A DNA stretch of 64,000 nucleotides from assembly GCA_031414535.1 (NCBI GenBank), contig JANNVQ010000008.1:24106-88105 (forward strand), given 5' to 3'. The stretch is from Gemmatimonas sp. Its GTDB lineage: Bacteria > Gemmatimonadota > Gemmatimonadetes > Gemmatimonadales > Gemmatimonadaceae. This document shows positions 18,682 through 29,748 of this stretch, piece by piece. Made by a program: the position numbers and the translations under genes. Below the pieces are notes generated by a model. The model saw nothing but the letters and a program-made list of their open reading frames with translations. It was not told the origin of the DNA and made no database searches. Every line of letters begins with the position of its first letter. The stretch's first letter is position 1.

Positions 18682-18686
18682 AGAGA

Positions 18687-19244
18687 ATGACCAGTATCCC
18701 CGTCACTGGCGATCCGCGCCTCCGCGGCCGCGCCGTCAAGCGCATCGCCTTCGATGAGCAGACCATCGCCACCCGCGTACGGGAACTCGGCGCCGAAATC
18801 ACTGCTTCCTATCCAGAAGGCGAGTTGCTCGTGCTCGGCTTGCTGAAGGGCAGCTTCGTATTTCTCGCCGACCTTGTTCGGGAAATCAAACGCCCGCTGC
18901 ACGTGGACTTCTTGGTCGCCTCGTCCTACGGGGCAGGGACCATCTCGTCCGGGAACGTGCAGATGGTGTATGACCCGAAGACGGAACTGGAAGGCAAGCA
19001 CATTCTGTTAGTAGAAGACATCGTGGACTCCGGCCGCACGCTGCAGGTGCTGATGGACCTGTTGGCGGAGCGGAAACCGAAGTCAATCGAAATTTGCGCC
19101 CTGTTGCATAAGCACATCGCGGAGCACCTGCATCATCCGGTGCAGTTTGTCGGTTTCGATGCTCCGCATGAATTCCTTGTCGGCTACGGACTGGACCATG
19201 CGGAGGATTTCCGCCACGTCCCGTACGTTGCGAGTCTGGAGTAG
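18687..19244 (+). CDS. hpt: Hypoxanthine phosphoribosyltransferase
   Basis: LLKGSFVFLADL, VEDIVDSGRTL, FLVGYGLD. Confidence 0.96.
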   Translation: MTSIPVTGDPRLRGRAVKRIAFDEQTIATRVRELGAEITASYPEGELLVLGLLKGSFVFLADLVREIKRPLHVDFLVASSYGAGTISSGNVQMVYDPKTELEGKHILLVEDIVDSGRTLQVLMDLLAERKPKSIEICALLHKHIAEHLHHPVQFVGFDAPHEFLVGYGLDHAEDFRHVPYVASLE

Positions 19245-19246
19245 AA

Positions 19247-21226
<1,980 letters not shown>

Positions 21227-21234
21227 CAAGGGGA

Positions 21235-21408
21235 GAGGAGCGAGGAGCGAAAAGCGACAACGGAAGAGCGAAGTATTGAAGAGTGAAGGGTGAAGGGACG
21301 AAGGTTGGAGGGAGAGGATTGAACCTTCTCCTTCGGCCCTTCGTCCCTTTTCCCTTTCCCCTCACTACTTCGATTTTCAACCTCGCTCTTCGCTCCTCGC
21401 TCTTCCTC
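21235..21408. repeat. Nested heptamer-based hairpin (purine-rich arm then pyrimidine-rich arm); may also act as the ftsH terminator
   Basis: Outer arms GAGCGAGGAGCGAAAAGCGA / TCGCTCTTCGCTCCTCGCTC (1 mismatch); inner arms AAGGGTGAAGGGACGAAGG / CCTTCGTCCCTTTTCCCTT (2 mismatches). Confidence 0.8.
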
Positions 21409-21448
21409 ACTACCGCCTCTCTGTAAACCCCAGTATTTTCATAAGGTT

Positions 21449-22144
21449 ATGGAATTTCTGGGCTTAGGCGAGCGGGTGGCATCAATTCGCGACGAAATCG
21501 CGGAGGCCGTCCGACGCGGTGGGCATGGGCAGGCGGTGCGGCTCGTTGCCGTCACCAAGATGCACGGCCCAGAAGTGGTGACGGCGGCGTGGGATGCCGG
21601 CATCACCGATGTGGGCGAGAACAAGGTCCAGGAAGCTCTTCGGAAGCAGGAGGCGCTGTCGAGCGCTGGCGTGTTGCCACCCGTGCGGTGGCATCTGATT
21701 GGTCACCTGCAAACCAATAAGGTGAAGGCCCTGCCGCATTTCGGTCTGTTTCACGCGTTGGATCGTGAAAAGTTGGCGGACGAGGCGGCGGCGATGGCGG
21801 CGGGGCGGGGCATCACGCTCGACGTTCTGCTGCAAGTGAACGTGGCAGAAGAAGCATCGAAGGGCGGGTACGCGCTCGACGCGGTGGCGGCGGAAGCGGA
21901 ACGTCTGCGTGGGATGCCGTCCTTACGGGTGACCGGTGTGATGACGATGGCGCCGTTCGATGCGGACGAGCGGGTGTTGCGGACGGTGTTTGCTGGGGCG
22001 CGGAACGCGAGGGAGCAGTTGCGGGCGGCTGGGCATCCCGCGCAGGAACTGTCGATGGGGATGAGCGGGGACTTTTTGATCGCCGTTGAGGAAGGGGCCA
22101 CCTTGGTCCGCCTTGGCACGATCCTCTTCGGAGCGAGGGGCTGA
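21449..22144 (+). CDS. yggS: YggS family PLP-binding protein
   Basis: LVAVTK, GENKVQE, WHLIGHLQTNK, LSMGMSGD...AVEEGAT.VRLGT. Confidence 0.96.
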   Translation: MEFLGLGERVASIRDEIAEAVRRGGHGQAVRLVAVTKMHGPEVVTAAWDAGITDVGENKVQEALRKQEALSSAGVLPPVRWHLIGHLQTNKVKALPHFGLFHALDREKLADEAAAMAAGRGITLDVLLQVNVAEEASKGGYALDAVAAEAERLRGMPSLRVTGVMTMAPFDADERVLRTVFAGARNAREQLRAAGHPAQELSMGMSGDFLIAVEEGATLVRLGTILFGARG

Positions 22145-22641
22145 TGACGGAGCATCTCGAGGGTGGCGACGACATTTTCCACCTGACACCGGTGGATGTA
22201 CGCCGCTACGACTTTGGCAGCGCCATGCGCGGCTACGACAGGGCGCGCGTGGATCAGTTCCGTACGCAGGTGGCGGAAGAGTTGGAGCGCCTGACGCGCC
22301 AGAACGCCGAATTCGAGTCCAAGGCCCGTAACTTCCACGAGCAGCTCAAACACTATCGCGAGCGTGACAAGGCAATCAACGAGGCCTTGATCTCGGCGCA
22401 GCAGTTGCGTGAAGACGTGAAGGAACAGGCCGCGCGCGAAGCGGACTTGATGCGCCGCGAGGCGGAGTCCGCCGCGCAGCATCTCGTGGAAGGCGCTCGT
22501 CAGCAGGTGCAGTCGCTGCAGGCCGAAATCGAAGGTCTTGATCGCACGCGTCGCGCCTACCTCGCGCAGCTAAAGGCGATTGCCGAGCGGCACATCGCTG
22601 AGGCCGACGCCTTGTTGCAGTATCCTGCCACGCAGGGCTGA
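22144..22641 (+). CDS. divIVA: DivIVA domain coiled-coil protein
   Basis: [17 protein letters not shown]...VD.F followed by a coiled coil. Confidence 0.88.
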   Translation: MTEHLEGGDDIFHLTPVDVRRYDFGSAMRGYDRARVDQFRTQVAEELERLTRQNAEFESKARNFHEQLKHYRERDKAINEALISAQQLREDVKEQAAREADLMRREAESAAQHLVEGARQQVQSLQAEIEGLDRTRRAYLAQLKAIAERHIAEADALLQYPATQG

Positions 22642-22699
22642 GCCACAGGTGCCCGCCGCAGCCGCAGACGCAGCGTCGCGTGAGCGCGAGGGCAGAGCC

Positions 22700-23536
22700 G
22701 TGAGCACGGCGGCCGTTCAGCCGACGCCGGCGGATGTGGCGCGCGCGGTAGCGGCCCTGCGTGCGCGCACATCCGTAACGCCCGAGGTCGCCATCATCCT
22801 CGGCACCGGCCTTGGAGGACTCGCTGCTGCCCTCGAGGTGAGCGCCTCGATTCCTTACGAGGAGATTCCGGGCTTCCCCGTCTCCACGGTGGAATCGCAC
22901 AGCGGGCGGCTGCTCCTCGGAACGCTTGGCGGTAAGCGCGTGCTCGCCATGCAGGGGCGGTTTCACCGCTACGAGGGATACTCGCTGCAACAGGTGACCT
23001 TGCCTGTGCGCGTCTTGCAGGCCCTGGGTGCGCACACGCTGGTGGTCTCCAACGCTTGCGGCGGCATTCGTGCGGACTGGGCGCCCGGGGACCTGATGGC
23101 GATCGCCGACCACATCAATCTGCTGGGTGACAATCCACTCGTAGGGCCGCACCACGCGGAGTGGGGCGCGCGTTTCCCTGATATGTCGGCACCTTATGAT
23201 GCGGGGCTGCGCGCGCTGGCCGGAGAGATTGCTGCGGCTCAGGGCACGACGCTACGCGAGGGTGTGTACGCGGCGGTGACGGGGCCAAACCTCGAGACGC
23301 GCGCCGAGTATGCGATGCTGCGCACACTGGGCGCTGATGTGGTAGGCATGAGCACCGTGCCTGAGGTGATTGTGGCACGACAACTGCAAATGCGGGTGCT
23401 GGGTCTGTCCATCATCACGGATGCCTGCGTGCCCGAGACATTGGAAGAAGCGTCACTCGAGAAGATTCTCGCTGTGGCGGCCATCGCCGAGCCTAAGCTC
23501 ACCTCGCTGGTGCGCGGGCTGGTGGAGCGCCTCTGA
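22700..23536 (+). CDS. punA: Purine-nucleoside phosphorylase (trimeric type)
   Basis: [41 protein letters not shown] start at 22700. Confidence 0.95.
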   Translation: MSTAAVQPTPADVARAVAALRARTSVTPEVAIILGTGLGGLAAALEVSASIPYEEIPGFPVSTVESHSGRLLLGTLGGKRVLAMQGRFHRYEGYSLQQVTLPVRVLQALGAHTLVVSNACGGIRADWAPGDLMAIADHINLLGDNPLVGPHHAEWGARFPDMSAPYDAGLRALAGEIAAAQGTTLREGVYAAVTGPNLETRAEYAMLRTLGADVVGMSTVPEVIVARQLQMRVLGLSIITDACVPETLEEASLEKILAVAAIAEPKLTSLVRGLVERL

Positions 23537-23538
23537 CT

Positions 23539-26500
23539 GTGACAACGAGCGGAATGAACTTTAGAACGATGCCGGCGGACCTGACCGCTGACGCACTGGA
23601 GCAGGAAGTGATGGCCCGCTGGACCCGTGACGGTGTGTTTGCCGCCTCGCAGGCCGCGCGCGCCGATGCTCCGGCTTGGGTTTTTTACGAAGGCCCTCCT
23701 ACCGCGAACGGGAAGCCGGGCATTCATCACGTATTCGCGCGCACGGTGAAGGATCTGTTCTGCCGTCATCGCGCCATGCTGGGGCACCATGTGCCGCGGA
23801 AGGCCGGCTGGGACACGCACGGCCTCCCGGTCGAGATTGAAGTCGAAAAACAGCTCGGTCTCAGCGGCAAGCAGGACATCGAGCGCATCGGTGTGGCGGA
23901 GTTCAATCGCCGGTGCCGCGAGAGCGTGTGGACGTACAAGGGTGATTGGGAGGAGGTCAGCGCCCGCATGGGCTACTGGCTCGACTACGACGACCCGTAC
24001 GTGACCTACACGAATGAGTATGTGGAAAGCGTGTGGTGGGCGCTGAAGACGCTGCACACGAAGAATCTGCTGTATCAAGGGCACAAGATTTTGCCGTACT
24101 GTGCGAGGTGTGGGACGGCACTGTCGTCGCACGAACTGGCGCAGGGGTACGAGGATGTTGAGGATCCGAGCGTGTATGTGGCGCTCGATTTGGAGACGGG
24201 ACGGATGACGGATGACGGAAGCTTGAAGCATCCGTCATCCGTCATCCGTCGAAGAATTATCGTGTGGACCACCACCCCGTGGACCCTCGTCTCCAACGTC
24301 GCCCTCGCAGTGAATCCCGAGCTCAGCTACGTGGAGCTGCGGAAGAAGAGCGTTTCCGATTGGACCATCATTCTCGCTGAGGCGCGGGCGTCGGCGGTGT
24401 TGGGCGCCGACTATCGTGATCGTTGGGATGAGGTGGCGCTCGTGAAGGGCACTGCGCTCGTTGGCATGAAGTACAAGCGACCCTTGGATTGGGTGGAGTA
24501 TCCCGACGAGGGCAACACCGAGTTGATCGTGGGCGAGGAGTTCGTCTCGGCTGACGATGGCTCGGGTGTCGTACATATGGCACCGGCCTTCGGTGCTGAT
24601 GACTACGCGGCGGGGCAGCGGCACAAGCTGGCGTTCGTAAATCCGGTAAACGCGCGCGGCGAGTTCCCCGCGGCGATGCCGTTGGTGGGCGGACTGTTCG
24701 TGAAGAAGGCCGACCCGCTCATCATCGAAGAGCTCGAGCGGCGCGACCAGCTCTGGAAGTCGCAGCAGTTCGTGCACTCGTATCCGCACTGCTGGCGCTG
24801 CCGCACGCCGCTCCTGTACTACGCGCGTGGCTCGTGGTTCGTGCGCACCACGGCGTACAAGGACCGGATGATGGCGCGCAACGCCGCCGTCAATTGGAAT
24901 CCGCCGGAAGTGGGTGCGGGTCGCTTTGGTTCTTGGCTCGAGAACAACATTGACTGGGCCATCTCGCGCGATCGCTACTGGGGCACGCCATTGCCCGTGT
25001 GGGTGAACGACGAAGACACCGATGAGATTGAAGTCATCGGATCATTCGCCGAGCTCGCCGCAAAGGTGGGGCGCGCGTTGCCGGACGACTTTGATCCGCA
25101 CAAGCCGCACATCGATACGTACACGTGGCCTGCGCCAAGTGGGAAGGGCACGATGCGTCGTGTGCCGGAAGTCATTGATACGTGGTTCGATTCGGGCTCG
25201 ATGCCGTTTGCCCAGTGGGGATATCCCCACCAGGCGGGCAGCGCGGAGAAGGTGGCGCGCTACTTTCCGGCGGATTTTATCGCCGAAGGCGTGGACCAGA
25301 CGCGAGGGTGGTTTTACTCGTTGCTCGCCATCGCAACTGGTTTGGGTGATGCCTTGCCCGGAAATGCGGCGGACACTGGACGGATGACGGATGACGGAAG
25401 CGGACCAGCGTCCGTCATCCGTCATCCGTCCCCGTTGGCGTCCCCCTACCGCGCCGTGGTCGTCAACGATTTGGTGTTGGACGCCAACGGGCAAAAGATG
25501 TCCAAGTCGCGTGGCAATACCGTGGATCCGCGGCAAGTGATGTCGCGACACGGGGCTGATGCCGTGCGGCTATTCCTGATGGCGAGTTCGCAGGTGTGGG
25601 TGCCGCGCCGCTTTGATGAGTCGGTGATTCGCGAGACGGCGGGGCGCTTCCTCGTGACGTTGCGGAACGTGTACTCGGGCATTTTTGCCCAGTACGCCAA
25701 CTTTGGGTGGACGCCGAGTGCCGAGGATCCGGCGCCGAGTGCGCGTCCGGTGTTGGATCGCTGGGTGCTGTCGCGTCTCGCCTCGGTAGAGCATGAAGTC
25801 GATGCGGCGTTGCTGCGCTTCGACGCGACAGCCGCGTCGCGGCTGCTCATGGAGTTTGTCACGGAAGACGTCGCCAATTGGTACGTGCGTCTGTCACGCT
25901 CACGCTTTTACGACGTGACGAGCGAGGACAATCGGGCCGCCTTCGCGACGCTGCACGAGGTGCTCGTGGTAGTGTCGCGCTTGCTGGCGCCCTTCGCGCC
26001 GTTTGTGTCGGATTGGATGCACGTGGAGCTCACGGGGCAATCCGTACACTTGGCCGATTTTCGTCGTCACGCGGCGTCTGCCTCCGTGCTGCCGCGCGAC
26101 GAAGGGCTCGAGCGCGCGATGTCTGCCGCGCGCACGCTCTCCACGCTCGGCCGTGCCGCGCGAGAGTCGGCGGGCATCAAGGTGCGGCAGCCGCTCGGCA
26201 CGCTCACCTGTGTCACGCCGGGTATTGAGGCGACATGGCACGCGATGATTGCGCCGCTCGTTGCGGCGGAACTGAACATCAAGTCCGTGCGCTTTGAGGA
26301 TTCCGCCGCGGACTGGGTGCGCCTCGAAGGCAAGGCGAACTTTCCTGTGTTGGGGAAGGTTGTCGGCGCCGCGATGAAGGCGACGAAGCCGGTGGTGGAG
26401 AATCTCGACCAAGCGCAGTTGAGGACTATCGAAGGCGGCGGTATGGTGACGGTAGACGTGCCGGGCCACGGACCACTCGAGTTGGATGCGACGCGGGTGA

Positions 26501-26862
26501 CGATTGCTGCCAAGGCCTCAACGACGTTAGTCGTGCAGCAGGGCGAGGGCATGTCCGTCGCATTGGATCCGGCGTTGACGCCGGAGTTGCGCGCGGAGGG
26601 TATGGCCCGTGAAGTGGTGAGCCGTGTGCAGCGCCTGCGAAAGGAAAGCGGGCTCGCCGTCAGTGATCGGATTCGCCTGGTGGTGGCGGCGACGATTGAG
26701 GTGCAGCAAGCCCTGCGTGTGCACGCGCAGTGGGTTGCATCAGAAGTGTTGGCCCGGGACTGCGTCATCGCCGATGCGCTCCCGACCCCCGCGTGGCCCG
26801 CGACCGCCGAGCTTGAACTCGACGGTACGATGGCGCGCATCGCCCTTTGCAAGGACAGTTGA
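23539..26862 (+). CDS. ileS: Isoleucine--tRNA ligase, type 2
   Basis: EGPPTANGKPGIHH, GWDTHGLP, WTTTPWTL, DWAISRDRYWG, KMSKS, type-2 C-terminus (EGMAREVVSRVQRLRK). Start at 23539 or 23554. Confidence 0.97.
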   Translation: MTTSGMNFRTMPADLTADALEQEVMARWTRDGVFAASQAARADAPAWVFYEGPPTANGKPGIHHVFARTVKDLFCRHRAMLGHHVPRKAGWDTHGLPVEIEVEKQLGLSGKQDIERIGVAEFNRRCRESVWTYKGDWEEVSARMGYWLDYDDPYVTYTNEYVESVWWALKTLHTKNLLYQGHKILPYCARCGTALSSHELAQGYEDVEDPSVYVALDLETGRMTDDGSLKHPSSVIRRRIIVWTTTPWTLVSNVALAVNPELSYVELRKKSVSDWTIILAEARASAVLGADYRDRWDEVALVKGTALVGMKYKRPLDWVEYPDEGNTELIVGEEFVSADDGSGVVHMAPAFGADDYAAGQRHKLAFVNPVNARGEFPAAMPLVGGLFVKKADPLIIEELERRDQLWKSQQFVHSYPHCWRCRTPLLYYARGSWFVRTTAYKDRMMARNAAVNWNPPEVGAGRFGSWLENNIDWAISRDRYWGTPLPVWVNDEDTDEIEVIGSFAELAAKVGRALPDDFDPHKPHIDTYTWPAPSGKGTMRRVPEVIDTWFDSGSMPFAQWGYPHQAGSAEKVARYFPADFIAEGVDQTRGWFYSLLAIATGLGDALPGNAADTGRMTDDGSGPASVIRHPSPLASPYRAVVVNDLVLDANGQKMSKSRGNTVDPRQVMSRHGADAVRLFLMASSQVWVPRRFDESVIRETAGRFLVTLRNVYSGIFAQYANFGWTPSAEDPAPSARPVLDRWVLSRLASVEHEVDAALLRFDATAASRLLMEFVTEDVANWYVRLSRSRFYDVTSEDNRAAFATLHEVLVVVSRLLAPFAPFVSDWMHVELTGQSVHLADFRRHAASASVLPRDEGLERAMSAARTLSTLGRAARESAGIKVRQPLGTLTCVTPGIEATWHAMIAPLVAAELNIKSVRFEDSAADWVRLEGKANFPVLGKVVGAAMKATKPVVENLDQAQLRTIEGGGMVTVDVPGHGPLELDATRVTIAAKASTTLVVQQGEGMSVALDPALTPELRAEGMAREVVSRVQRLRKESGLAVSDRIRLVVAATIEVQQALRVHAQWVASEVLARDCVIADALPTPAWPATAELELDGTMARIALCKDS
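24200..24250. repeat. Heptamer hairpin element inserted in frame in ileS, copy A
   Basis: Perfect 20-bp arms 24200-24219 / 24231-24250; 51 nt in total; region reads GRMTDDGSLKHPSSVIR. Confidence 0.92.
25378..25431. repeat. Heptamer hairpin element inserted in frame in ileS, copy B
   Basis: Perfect 21-bp arms 25378-25398 / 25411-25431; 54 nt in total; reads GRMTDDGSGPASVIRHPS. Confidence 0.92.
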
Positions 26863-26864
26863 TT

Positions 26865-27287
26865 ATGGCGACCCCGGCTCCTAGCGGTGAGAAGAAGTAC
26901 AAGCCGTTTCCGAAGAAGCAGATCCAGTACTTCGAGAAGCGTTTGCTCGACGAGCGTAAGCGCGTGCTCAAGGAGCTCGGTCACTACGACGAAACCTTCG
27001 GCAACACGCCGCAGGGCGCGGACGGCGACCTGAGCGCCTATTCGTTCCATATGGCGGATCAAGGCACCGACGCGATGGAGCGCGAGAAAGCCTTCCTGTT
27101 CGCCTCTAAAGAAGGGCGCTTCCTCTGGCACGTAGATCAGGCGCTGCGCCGCTTGTACCGCACGCCCGATGAGTTCGGGAAGTGCCACAACTGCGGTGGC
27201 GAAGTGGGCTTTGACCGACTCGATGCACTACCGCACGCGCGGTATTGCATTGACTGCAAGCAGCGTGAGGAAGATGGCAAGAAGTGA
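26865..27287 (+). CDS. TraR/DksA family C4 zinc-finger protein
   Basis: Coiled coil with HMADQGTD tip; CHNC...RLDALP.ARYCIDC. Confidence 0.92.
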   Translation: MATPAPSGEKKYKPFPKKQIQYFEKRLLDERKRVLKELGHYDETFGNTPQGADGDLSAYSFHMADQGTDAMEREKAFLFASKEGRFLWHVDQALRRLYRTPDEFGKCHNCGGEVGFDRLDALPHARYCIDCKQREEDGKK

Positions 27288-27855
27288 GCCCGGGGGCTTC
27301 GGCCCCGCGTCAGTGTTGGGCATCGTCGGTGGAATTGTTCTCGCCGACGCGTTCACCAAATTGCTGGCCGTCGATCGGCTGATGCCCATCCATACGCCGC
27401 ACCCGGTGATTGGGGAGTGGCTGCGCTGGACGCTGGTCTACAATCCCGGTGCGGCCTTTGGGTTGCATTTGGGCCCTTGGTCGCGGTGGATTTTCGTGGT
27501 GCTCACCTTCGTGGCACTCGGCGTGCTGTGGAACATGTATCGCACCAGTGTGCCGGACGCGCGCATCAAAGTGTTGGCGCTGTCCAGCATCGCCGGTGGC
27601 GCGATTGGCAATCTCGTAGATCGCCTTCGCTCGTCGCGCGGTGTGGTGGATTTCATTGACGTTGGCGTGCGCGACTGGCGCTGGCCCACGTTCAACATTG
27701 CGGATATCGCGGTGAGCTGCGGGGCGATTGCGCTGGCAATCGTGCTGTGGCGCGAGGACGCCGAGATGGCGCGCCAGCACAAGGCGCATAGTGAGCGAGC
27801 GTCGGGCGATCCCGACGCGGCGAACGGCAGTACGTCCCGCACGACGCAGAGATGA
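27274..27855 (+). CDS. lspA: Lipoprotein signal peptidase II
   Basis: YNPGAAFG, GGAIGNLVDR, VVDFI, FNIAD. Confidence 0.96.
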   Translation: MARSEPGGFGPASVLGIVGGIVLADAFTKLLAVDRLMPIHTPHPVIGEWLRWTLVYNPGAAFGLHLGPWSRWIFVVLTFVALGVLWNMYRTSVPDARIKVLALSSIAGGAIGNLVDRLRSSRGVVDFIDVGVRDWRWPTFNIADIAVSCGAIALAIVLWREDAEMARQHKAHSERASGDPDAANGSTSRTTQR

Positions 27856-27856
27856 T

Positions 27857-28855
27857 ATGACGGAGCCGCTTGGACCTGGGCGGCACAGCTTCAGCATCGC
27901 CGACGAGGACGTCGGCGAACGGCTGGACTTGGTGATTGCGCGCCGCGCGGGCTGTTCGCGTACGCAGGCCGCCACGCACATCGCGACGGGGCGCGCGACG
28001 GTGGATGGTGTGGTTGAGCGCGCGTCGTTCCGGCCGGAAGGGGGCGAGACCATCGAATTGGAGATCCCCGCGCCGCAGGGCCGCGCGGTGGTGCCGGAGC
28101 AGATTCCCATCAGCGTGGTCTTTGAGGACGAAGACCTCGTGGTGGTGGATAAGCCGGCGGGTATGGTGGTGCATCCGGCGCCCGGCAACTGGACTGGTAC
28201 CTTGGTGAACGCGTTGCTTGGGCGCGGTCAGGAGCTCGCGGACGGTGGCGGTCCCGAGCGCGCCGGCCTCGTGCATCGCCTCGACAAGGAAACGAGCGGA
28301 TTGTTGGTCGTCGCCAAGACCGACCGCGCGCTCAAGTCGCTGTCGGGGCAAATTGCGGCGCGCACGGTGAAGCGACGCTACGCCGCGCTCTCATGGGGGC
28401 ATCTGGACGCCGACAAAATGACGGTGGACAAGCCCATCGGCCGCGATCCCAACGACCGCACGCGGATGTCCATTCAGACGGACGGGCGGCAAGCGCGCAC
28501 GGATTTTACCCGTTTGGGACGCTTCGATTCGGTGGATTTGCTCCGTGCGGAGCTCCATACCGGACGGACGCACCAGATTCGCGTGCATTTGGCCAGTATC
28601 GGGCACCCGGTGGTCGGCGACGACACCTACGGGGGTGGCGGGGGACGCCGTCTGGTGGAATTGCCTCCCAAACGGCATTTCCTTCATGCCGCCTGGCTCG
28701 TCTTTACTCACCCGGTGTCGGGGGCGCGGATGGAAATGCGCTCCCCGTTGCCAGAGGACCTCCGGCGCTCGTTGGCGAGAGTGGCAGGGGACCAGGCTTT
28801 GATTGCTCACCCCGACGCCCTGGAGTACTTTGGCTACTATAGAGCGTCCGAGTGA
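27857..28855 (+). CDS. rluD: RluA/RluD family pseudouridine synthase
   Basis: S4 domain, KPAGMVVHP, VHRLDKETSG, TGRTHQIRVH. Confidence 0.93.
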   Translation: MTEPLGPGRHSFSIADEDVGERLDLVIARRAGCSRTQAATHIATGRATVDGVVERASFRPEGGETIELEIPAPQGRAVVPEQIPISVVFEDEDLVVVDKPAGMVVHPAPGNWTGTLVNALLGRGQELADGGGPERAGLVHRLDKETSGLLVVAKTDRALKSLSGQIAARTVKRRYAALSWGHLDADKMTVDKPIGRDPNDRTRMSIQTDGRQARTDFTRLGRFDSVDLLRAELHTGRTHQIRVHLASIGHPVVGDDTYGGGGGRRLVELPPKRHFLHAAWLVFTHPVSGARMEMRSPLPEDLRRSLARVAGDQALIAHPDALEYFGYYRASE

Positions 28856-29312
28856 CCTGACCGGCTTACCGACCCTCGAGGGGGGTGAGGCGGCTGGCGA
28901 TGAGCATCGGTACTTGGTGGCGAAGGCCGCTGGCCAACGGCTGGCGATTCCCTTGCTGTCATGTCGTGAGATACTGACGGTCCGTGTCGTGACGCGCCTC
29001 CCAGGCGCACCGTCTTGGATTGCCGGGCTCGTGAATGTGCGGGGAGCGGTGCTGACGGTTCTGGATCTGAGTGCGCGCTTAGGATCAGCGGCTGCCGCGG
29101 GGCCGGTGGTGATTGTGGATGTGGATGGCCGTCGTCTTGGAATTCGCGTGGACGCGGTGGATGGGGTCGAGCGTGCCGCAGGTGTGGAGGAGTCGGTGGA
29201 TGCAGCGCGGTCGGCGGCGGGAGCCTTGAAAGGGCTCGCAGTCCTGCCGCTCGGTGCCGCGTTGGTGGTGGATGTGGTGGCCCTGCAGCGCGCGGCAATC
29301 GCCGACGTGTGA
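28803..29312 (+). CDS. cheW: Chemotaxis coupling protein CheW (1); start uncertain
   Basis: TRLPGAPSWIAGLVNVRGAVLTVLDL...GIRVDAV. Confidence 0.88.
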   Translation: MLTPTPWSTLATIERPSDLTGLPTLEGGEAAGDEHRYLVAKAAGQRLAIPLLSCREILTVRVVTRLPGAPSWIAGLVNVRGAVLTVLDLSARLGSAAAAGPVVIVDVDGRRLGIRVDAVDGVERAAGVEESVDAARSAAGALKGLAVLPLGAALVVDVVALQRAAIADV

Positions 29313-29355
29313 GCGCGGGGCCCGACAGGCCTAACTGGATTGGGGAGGGGAACGC

Positions 29356-29718
29356 GTGGCTCCGACGGTACTCATCTGCGACGATGCGATTTTCATGCGG
29401 ACGATGGTTGGCGACATCCTGACGCAGGCGGGCTTCGAGATCGTGGGCGAAGCCGAGACGGGTACACAGGCTGTGGAGCGCTATAAGGCGCTCCGCCCTG
29501 ATCTCGTCACCATGGACATCGTGAGGCCCGATATGGGCGGCATTGACGCCGTCCGCGAGATTACAAAGTTCGATCCGAACGCCAAGGTGCTGATGTGCAG
29601 CGCAATGGGACAGCAGTCGCTGGTGGTGGAAGCGATCCAGGCCGGGGCCAAGGACTTCGTGGTGAAGCCCTTCCAGCCGAGCCGCGTGCTGGAGGCGGTG
29701 CAGCGCGTCCTGGGCTAA
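29356..29718 (+). CDS. cheY: Single-domain response regulator CheY
   Basis: DDAIFMR, PDLVTMDI, CSAMGQ, FVVKPF; resembles the Bacillus/Thermotoga type. Confidence 0.93.
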   Translation: MAPTVLICDDAIFMRTMVGDILTQAGFEIVGEAETGTQAVERYKALRPDLVTMDIVRPDMGGIDAVREITKFDPNAKVLMCSAMGQQSLVVEAIQAGAKDFVVKPFQPSRVLEAVQRVLG

Positions 29719-29748
29719 GGGCCCGCTCGCGCCCCGTCGTCTCGCCAC

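Noticed and set aside
24200..25431. Inteins or introns in ileS
   Set aside because: The inserts are only 51-54 nt, with no splicing motifs.
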